DNA from: Zygophlyctis sp. KS116
Taxonomy: Eukaryota > Fungi > Chytridiomycota
Direction: 5' to 3'
Length of the DNA stretch: 6,068 nucleotides
Assembly (NCBI GenBank): GCA_054661495.1
Contig: BAAFSQ010000453.1
Location: 1 to 6,068, forward strand
Part shown: one piece after another, positions 1 to 6,068 of the stretch
Layout of the letters: each line of letters starts with the position of its first letter
How positions within the stretch are numbered: the stretch's first letter is position 1
Program-made: the position numbers and the translations under genes
Notes under the pieces: generated by a model
What the model was told of the DNA's origin: nothing
The model's input: only the letters and a program-made list of their open reading frames with translations
Database searches by the model: none

Positions 1-12
1 AGACAAAGTAAG

Positions 13-2860
13 ATGACAGATCTCTCAGACAATGAAAAGCTTATTTCACTGTATCCAGAGTATGATCCAGATCCAGATATAATTTATCCTTATACTCCTG
101 GTCTGGATAATTCTTCTGTAAGATGTATTTGTTCTGTTCCTTTTGATGATGGGGCTACTATACAATGTGATGGATGTTGGGTATGGCAGCATATGGTTTG
201 TATGGAAATTGATAGATCAGTAATTCCAAAAGTTTATTATTGTGAAGAATGTAAAATAAGACCAGTGGATGTTCAAAAGGCTATTACAAATCAGGCAAAA
301 ATGCAGAAATTAAGACGAGGGGAGAGAGTTGATGCTATAAAGGAAATTTTGATTAGAAAAGGAATCATGGATAAACCATCTCCAAGAAGGAAAAAAGAGT
401 CTAGAGGAAGAAAAGTTTTACCTTCTCCTAGGAAACAAGTCAAGGCGGTATCAATTAAGCAGTCAAACTCTTTGAAAAAGGATACTCTTCAGATTACGGA
501 AACTCAATCGCCCCTAGGTTCAAGGGAGGTTACGTCTAGGTCAGGGGTAGGGGTAATGCCAGATTTTCCTTTTAGGAGTATGGTTTGTCTTGATGACTGG
601 ACTGATGGCTTTTTAGGAAAAGGAACAGAAAGGAATAAAAAGGTATTTATAGCTCTGCTAATTTACAATCTAGAGCTCTTTAGAGAATCCTTTTGATTTA
701 GAGTATTCTGATTGGGCAATTAATTGTGCGACGGTTCAAGGGAATAGGTTTTTAGGGAAAATGGAGGCTAAAGTAGCAGAGTTTATTAATTTTTATGAAG
801 AAAAGGCACCATTCTGGCAAGGAGGACAATTACTCTTTTCATCACAGGTTTTAAACACTGAAAATTGTGAAAACATTGTAATTGATGATTCTAAAATTGT
901 ATTGGATCTAAATTCTGACAAATCAAGTCTAACAGAAACGAAAAATGAAGAGTATACTCAAACTTTTGTCAAAATTAAGAATGAGGAAGGATCTGATAGT
1001 TTTGAAATGGATCAGGATCAGAAAGTTGCCATTGAATTTACAAATAAAGTTGAAGAAATTTGTCAAAACAATGTAGATTCTGTCATTGAAGAAATGTATG
1101 CTTCTGACTCAAAAATGAATGATCTTGTCGAAGGGAATGTTTCCGGAATACAAGTGGATAATCAAGCTCAAAATGATATTATATCAGATGACCAATCAAT
1201 TAGAAAAGACATGGATGTAGATAGTAAAGATGATCATATGCCAAGTGAAGAATCAGTCCAAGAGAATGCTGGTGATCAATTAATAGAAGATAATACGGAT
1301 ACGAAGGCTGATCAGACGATAATATCCGAAGCTGCTGCAAAAGAAAAGGTTTTGGGAGCTCTTAAAGTAGAATCTTTAATTTCCAAGGAAGAATTATCTG
1401 CTCAAGCGCATGATGTGATAAATACAAATACTTCAACACTGGATGCGAAAGATTTAGATTCACCATTGGTCATGGAAGTAGCACAAAAGTCTACTGTTTT
1501 CGTCACAAACAAAAAAATTCTCAGAACATCTCCCGTTCGCTATTGTGTAGATTTAATCCCAATCAAAGAAGAGAATCAAATTCCTTACTATGGGCTTTTT
1601 TCAACTTGTATAATACCTTCTGATTCATTTATATGCACAACCTTTGGTAATCTCACTGATATATCCGATACTAATCCATCACTTTTACCTTGTCAAATCG
1701 AGAATGATATTTATACTCTTCCACCATTTACTTTAAAAGCTTTACCAAGAGAGAACTGGATTCTTGATTGTAGAACTAGAGGTGATATGAGTGGAAGATA
1801 TTGTCGGCGTTCATGTGCATCTTTAACACCCAATGCGTCCTTGTACTGTCTGATTGTGAAAGATGAAACACTATTGAACGAAAAATTGGTATTTGGTATA
1901 TTCAGTTCCAAGGAAATATCAGCAGGCGAAGAGATTGTTTTGGACACGCCTAATTGCTATGCATTCCCATGCTCGTGTGATGACAATATCAAATGCAGTT
2001 CTAAAGAGCACTTTTCTAAAATTGGGGATACATTTAAAAATAGGGATGTACCAAACTCTTTAGAAAAGAGGGAAGTCAAAGTTACGAAAAATATTAATAT
2101 TTCAAAGAGATTGATTGCCAAAAAGAAATTGCCAATGTTTCTTCGAGTATTAGTCTTGTCACACAGAAAAAAAATCAAATCATTAAAAGGTACTTTAAAC
2201 ATTATTGATTTGCTAGATCAAAAAATTCCAGAGCCATCATTCTCTATTCCACATATTTTAAACAACTCTATACTTCATCACCCACCAGAGCCACCTGTAT
2301 CTGCAGTATCATCCACGAGAACCTCCTCGGTTAATCCTCCTAAAATCAAGCCCCCACCTTCACCAGTCTTGGAATCTCCCAAGACGCTAAGTAGAGAAGA
2401 AAGAAAGTTGAAGGATCAATTGGCCTTATTTGAAAAAATGGAGCAGCAAGATAAAAAGAAGAGGAAACGTCGAGGTTATGATGAACCTTCAGTAGAATCT
2501 GCAAGCCCCTCATCAAAAAAGGGGGGTGATGATTCTGAAGAAGAGAATAATACTGGATCTAGTTCTAAAATTGATAATGAAACACCAGAAAGTTTAAGTC
2601 GTGACTCTCCACTATCAGTCATTGATATTGCTGAAAAAGAAGATGAATCTGAATCAAAACGCAAATCAGAATCTATACCTGCTTGTGAATCAGTACTATT
2701 CAAGAAACCTAAACTGAATGAAAAGGAAGATCAAGACACTCCTGCACCATTAGTGCGTAAATTATCACTAAAGGATTTTTTACAGAAGAGAAATCAAAAC
2801 AAGACACCCTCTCCTTCCTCATCTGGTCATTTCTTTTCATTAGAGAACCCTGAATCATAG
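13..2860 (+). CDS. SET3: Set3/Set4/MLL5(KMT2E)/UpSET-family PHD-finger + degenerate SET-domain protein; spliced join(13..642,674..2860), 938 aa; N-terminus may extend upstream of the window
   Basis: ORF 13..696 encodes a C4HC3 PHD finger of MLL5/Set3 type (RCIC..DDG.TIQCDGCWVWQH..C..YYCEEC). ORF 761..2860 encodes a SET domain with the Set3-family RRSC motif, GEEIVLD and post-SET CSC, plus family motifs LSREERK..FEKME and RKLSLKDF. Removing GT..AG 643..673 joins the two in frame with no stop (..ERNKK|SSLENPFDLEYSDWAINCATVQGNRFLGK-MEAK..). The frame is also open from base 1 to the ATG at 13, so the true start is uncertain. Confidence 0.88.
124..252 (+). other. PHD finger (C4HC3) coding segment of the Set3-like protein
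   Basis: CIC-x11-CDGC-x4-H-x2-C-x13-CEEC spacing, with the Trp (VWQH) typical of H3K4me-reading PHD fingers of Set3/MLL5. Confidence 0.95.
643..673 (+). other. Spliceosomal intron, 31 nt, phase 0 (SET3-like gene)
   Basis: gtatttatagctctgctaatttacaatctag: GT..TAG with a CTAAT branch motif at 658-662. Excision fuses the PHD ORF to the SET ORF in frame. The downstream frame opens exactly after the TAG at 671-673. Confidence 0.85.
1586..1996 (+). other. Degenerate (probably catalytically inactive) SET domain plus post-SET Cys motif
   Basis: YYGLFS start; ILDCRTRG..GRYCRRSC (RRSC at 1805-1816 in place of NHSC); FGIFSSKEISAGEEIVLDT (no catalytic Tyr after the D); CSC-x5-C at 1970-1996. Confidence 0.85.
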
Positions 2861-2863
2861 TTT

Positions 2864-2871
2864 TATAAATA
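2864..2871 (+). promoter_or_regulatory. TATA-like / poly(A)-signal-like element TATAAATA in the 85-bp spacer
   Basis: TATAAATA lies 3 nt after the SET3 stop and about 75 nt before the SEC31 ATG. Motif match only, in AT-rich DNA. Confidence 0.3.
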
Positions 2872-2915
2872 CTTTTAAAATCTAGAGTATGACTTTCAAT
2901 GACTGACCGAGTCCC

Positions 2916-2939
2916 AAGCGCGTCGCCTGTTACGCGCTT
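2916..2939. repeat. Perfect 8-bp inverted repeat AAGCGCGT-N8-ACGCGCTT, probable core-promoter element of SEC31
   Basis: 2916-2923 aagcgcgt is the exact reverse complement of 2932-2939 acgcgctt. It forms a GC/CpG-rich patch ending 6 nt before ATG 2946. The repeat itself is certain; its function is inferred. Confidence 0.7.
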
Positions 2940-2945
2940 TTAAAA

Positions 2946-5900
2946 ATGAAAATTGGTTCGTTAGATCGCACTGCAACGTTTTGCTGGTGCCCGACAAGTT
3001 ATCCTCCACTTTTGGCTCTTGGAACTGCTGCTGGAGCAATGGATTCCTCTTTTTCAGCCAACACTGAACTTGAAATTTTTGAGCTTGATAATGCTTTTAA
3101 GAAGAGAGGCTCGTTGATGGCCAATGCGAGGTATGACTTTGATTTTATTTAATTCCAGGTTTAATAATATTTCATGGTCGGCCTCTGGAATGCTCGCAGC
3201 AGGAAAGGAAAATGGTGAAGTAGATATTTATAATCCAACTGCAATCATGGAAAATACGAAAAATGAGACTTTGGCTAGACATGCAGTTTTCTCAGGACCT
3301 GTAAAGGGATTAGATTTTTCTTCTGTAAATCCTAGTTTATTGGGGGCTGGAGGTCCTGAAGGAGAGGTAGATGTAGATTTCTGATTTGTAGGTGCTGATT
3401 TTTGATTTAAATACTGGATCTAAACCATATCGGCCATACTCTAAGCCTGCTAGAGCCGATGATGTTACTTGTCTTTCTTGGAATCATGTCGCAGATTATA
3501 TTTTGGCTGTAGGTTCAAATAATGGTGCTACTGGTGTGTATGATTTGCGTGGAAAAAGAGAAATAATGAAATTAGCTTATCCAGGAGGAAGAGCCAAGGT
3601 GACAGGGATATCTTGGCATCCATCTACTGTATATTTTGTTTAAATGATTTTTTAGCCTACTCGTCTTGTTACGGTAAATGATGATGATAATTCGCCATGT
3701 GTTCTAATATGGGATTTAAGAAATGCTAGTGCTCCTGAAGTGGTATTTTTTGAATTTAAATTTACGATAGACTTTATCAGGCCATGAAAAGGGTATTTTG
3801 TCTGTCCAATGGTGTAAAATGGATCCTGATTTGATAATATCTACATCAAAGGATAATCGTACTCTTTTGTGGGATGTTTCTACGGGTGGACCGATTGGTG
3901 ATTTATGTACTTCTCGAAATTGGACTTTTAATGCTCAATGGTGTCCAAGAAATCCAGATATGATTGCAGTGGCAAGTTTTGACGGAACTTTGTCTGTTCA
4001 TTCCTTGCAAGCTCAAGGTGTCATTCCTTATGAGTATGAGTCGACTCAAACTCCAGAATTACAGAAAATTAAACCAGATCCTAATGATATATTTTCAATG
4101 ATTGGAAGGAATCAGCCTCATCATGCTGTGGAAACTTCTAGTGGCTTAATTTTGGAAAGACCACCCAAATGGCTAAGGCGGCCTACTGGTGTAAGTTGGG
4201 CTTTTGGGGGGAAATTGGTCTCTTTTTCCGGCAAGAAATCAATGATTTGTGTTCCTACCATAGATACAACAATCATGTCAAGAGTAGATATGCTGGATAA
4301 TATTGTAAGAAGCAATGATGATGAGCAATTCAAAAACTTTTGTGATATCATGTCAAATACCGAAATCGACTCGATCAATGCACAGGATCGTGAAACCTGG
4401 GAGTTTCTAAAGGTCATGTTTGAAAAATCTAGGGAGCACATGCACGAGTTTTTGGGTCTAACCTCTGATTCAACCATGAATCAAAAAATCTTAAAAATTC
4501 AAGAGAAGCTTGAGGCTAGTCGCTTGAAAGAATTGGATTCTTCACAAACTGAATCATTCAAGTTCCCTCTCTATGCTCCCGAAAATGGAGAAGAGGCTCA
4601 AACTGATAACATTATAACTCGGCTTTGCATAGTTGGAGACTTCGATAAGGCTGTTGATGCATGTATTGCAAATGATCGTTGGGCTGATGCACTAGTAATT
4701 GCTGTCAGTGGGGGTCCTGATTTGCTTAGAAATACTCAAAAACAATATTTTAATCGAAGGAAAAATGAAAAGACGTACATTAAATTACTTGAAGCTGTGG
4801 TCGACTCAAATTTTGATGATGTCGTGCGTAATGTTCAGTTTGATGTTGAAAAGAATGAATGGAAAGACTTATTGGGTTTTATTTCTACTTTTGCATCGAG
4901 TGATGAACTGTCACGAGAATTCAGTAACCTGGGTAATAGATTATCAGAAGAATGTGCATCTCCTCAATCACCAACTAAAAGACAATTTTGTTATCATGCA
5001 GCTGCATTATCTTTCATTGGGGCAGGTGACTTAGAAAATGCAGTGAAAATATGGATACGCCGGGAGCATGAAGAAGAATCTGCCTTACTTGAGCAAAAAC
5101 ATGCCCCCTCACGTTTAATCAATCATTTTGTGGCTTTGCAGTCTTTGATTGAAAAAATAACTGTACTAAGAAAAGCAATCAATTATTTTGATCCAAGCAT
5201 TTCTCAGGTTCCTGATCAAAACGAAGGCTACTCTCTCCACATACTATATAGTCAATTGGTTGAATATTCTGAAATTCTTACTGTATTGGGAAGACCAGAA
5301 TTTGCATGGAAAAACTTACAGCTTGTCCCAGAAGCTTATCATTCTACTGAAGTAACAGAAGGAGATGTTGATCCTATTGCTGCTATAAGAGACCGATTGT
5401 TTTATTCATTGTCTATTTCTGATAAAAAAGTGCCAAGCTTTCCTTTCGAAAGTGTGCAGATCATTTCTCAAGAGGAAACAGCTGCAATTCAGGCTAATGA
5501 AGCAGCGAAGCATTCCAAATCACCACAGCCTTTTTCCAAACCTCTTGGCTCTCAGTATCAGCCAGGAAATTATGGTGGATCTGGATATCAGCCGTCTTAT
5601 AATCAATACCCACAGGCACAGGCTCAAGTCCCTGGTTATGCACCTTATTATCCCCAATATCCTCAGGCCGGGGCTTCTACGGGTGCAATCAATTCGCAAT
5701 ACATGCCTCCTCCCGTAGCAACTTATTCTGCCCAGGAGCCCAATCAATCGGCCCCTGGGATTTTCACCCCTCCGCCCATCTCGAATCCTTCATCTTTTAA
5801 TCAACCTCAAGTAACACAGGCAAATAGCAAACCGTGGGTTCCTAATCCAGTAAGCAAGCCTACTGCTCCACCAGTCTTCACACCGCCCGCATTCCCTCTT

Positions 5901-6068
5901 GCCAAAAGAAACTCGATTACTGGATTAGACTCAGGAAGCTTTGCTCCACCCCCCTCATTATCTACTCGACCTTCTGTTTCTCAAGGATCACCGGTTATGC
6001 AGGGACCTCCTATGATGAATCAAAGGCCTCCCATTTCTCAAGGACCTCAAGTTATGCAGGGACCTCCT
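2946..6068 (+). CDS. SEC31: COPII outer coat protein Sec31 (WD40 propeller, Sec13-binding blade, ACE1 solenoid, proline-rich region); join(2946..3130,3159..3366,3392..3628,3656..3742,3771..>6068); 1005 codons in window, 3' partial
   Basis: The spliced translation shows hallmark Sec31 motifs: RTATFCW..LALGTAAGAMDSSFS..LEIFEL, GEVLIFDLN, YDLRGKREIMKL, WHPSTPTRLVT.NDDD..P.VLIWDLRNASAPE, GHEKGILSVQWCKMDPDLIISTSKDNRT, WCPRNPDMIAVASFDG, PPKWLRRPTGVSWAFGGKLVSF (4161-4226), VGDFDKAVDACI..DRWADAL, LQSLIEKITVL, IRDRLF, then a P/Q/Y-rich region from about 5520. I translated 3771..6068 by hand and found no stop. Confidence 0.97.
3131..3158 (+). other. SEC31 intron 1, 28 nt, phase 2
   Basis: gtatgactttgattttatttaattccag; excision gives ..MANA-R-FNNISW.., matching the Sec31 RF..I.W motif. 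Contains an in-frame TAA at 3150-3152. Confidence 0.92.
3367..3391 (+). other. SEC31 intron 2, 25 nt, phase 0
   Basis: gtagatgtagatttctgatttgtag; CTGAT branch-like motif at 3381-3385; excision gives GPEGE|VLIFDLN. Contains an in-frame TGA at 3382-3384. Confidence 0.92.
3629..3655 (+). other. SEC31 intron 3, 27 nt (3n), phase 0
   Basis: gtatattttgtttaaatgattttttag; excision gives WHPST|PTRLVTVNDDD. Contains an in-frame TAA at 3641-3643. Confidence 0.92.
3743..3770 (+). other. SEC31 intron 4, 28 nt, phase 0
   Basis: gtattttttgaatttaaatttacgatag; excision gives DLRNASAPEV|TLSGHEKGILSV. An alternative in-frame donor at 3740 (gtggta) is possible but matches the other donors less well. Confidence 0.9.
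5967..6068 (+). repeat. 57-nt (19-aa) imperfect coding tandem repeat in the Sec31 proline-rich region, truncated by the window end
   Basis: RPSVSQGSPVMQGPPMMNQ (5967-6023) followed by RPPISQGPQVMQGPP (6024-6068). gttatgcagggacctcct is identical at 5994-6011 and 6051-6068. Confidence 0.85.

Noticed and set aside
8-28. Possible intron gtaaga...ctcag overlapping the ATG at 13
   Set aside because: 21 nt is shorter than the other introns, it is in frame without a stop, and the upstream context is outside the window, so it cannot be supported.
52-78. Short (GATCCA)n repeat encoding DPDPD
   Set aside because: Only about 2.5 copies; trivial coding low complexity.
517-553. Canonical G-quadruplex
   Set aside because: Only three runs of three or more G, so at best a weak two-tier structure.
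1711-2703. Minus-strand ORFs 1711..1947, 1957..2202 and 2476..2703
   Set aside because: Short antisense shadows of the SET3-like CDS with no recognisable motifs.
13-2860. Two independent genes (a PHD protein and a SET protein)
   Set aside because: A 31-nt intron with a CTAAT branch motif joins them in frame, giving the canonical PHD-SET architecture of the Set3 family.
2872-2945. 9-bp direct repeat CTTTTAAAA (2872-2880, 2937-2945) flanking 56 bp, resembling a target-site duplication of a tiny insertion
   Set aside because: Low-complexity AT motif, with no terminal inverted repeats or poly(A) tail in the enclosed segment. More simply explained as poly(A)-site or pre-ATG sequence.
2946-3770. 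SEC31 as a pseudogene, or frameshifting / stop-codon reassignment
   Set aside because: Every break is explained exactly by an AT-rich GT..AG segment whose removal restores conserved motifs. The long exons contain no in-frame stops and Trp is encoded by TGG.
4121-5747. ORFs 4121..4477(-), 4699..5034(+), 5452..5718(+) and 5520..5747(-)
   Set aside because: They overlap the long SEC31 exon in other frames or on the other strand. The real frame (3771 onward) carries the conserved Sec31 motifs.

Overview
AT-rich, very compact eukaryotic genomic DNA using the standard genetic code. It is most likely from an early-diverging fungus (chytrid/Rozellomycota-like; this is an inference). It holds two tandem + strand housekeeping genes, both fragmented in the ORF track by unusually small spliceosomal introns. 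Gene 1 is a Set3/MLL5(KMT2E)/UpSET-family PHD + degenerate SET chromatin protein, join(13..642,674..2860), 938 aa if ATG 13 is the start, with one 31-nt intron. Gene 2 is the COPII outer-coat gene SEC31, join(2946..3130,3159..3366,3392..3628,3656..3742,3771..>6068), with four introns of 28, 25, 27 and 28 nt. Its last exon is open to the window end and is therefore missing from the ORF track. The genes are separated by only 85 bp, which contain a TATA-like element and a perfect 8-bp CGCG-containing inverted repeat just before the SEC31 ATG. The most notable signal is the set of five 25-31 nt GT-AG introns with degenerate donors (only GTA is invariant). I see no mobile element, RNA gene or clearly novel gene system.
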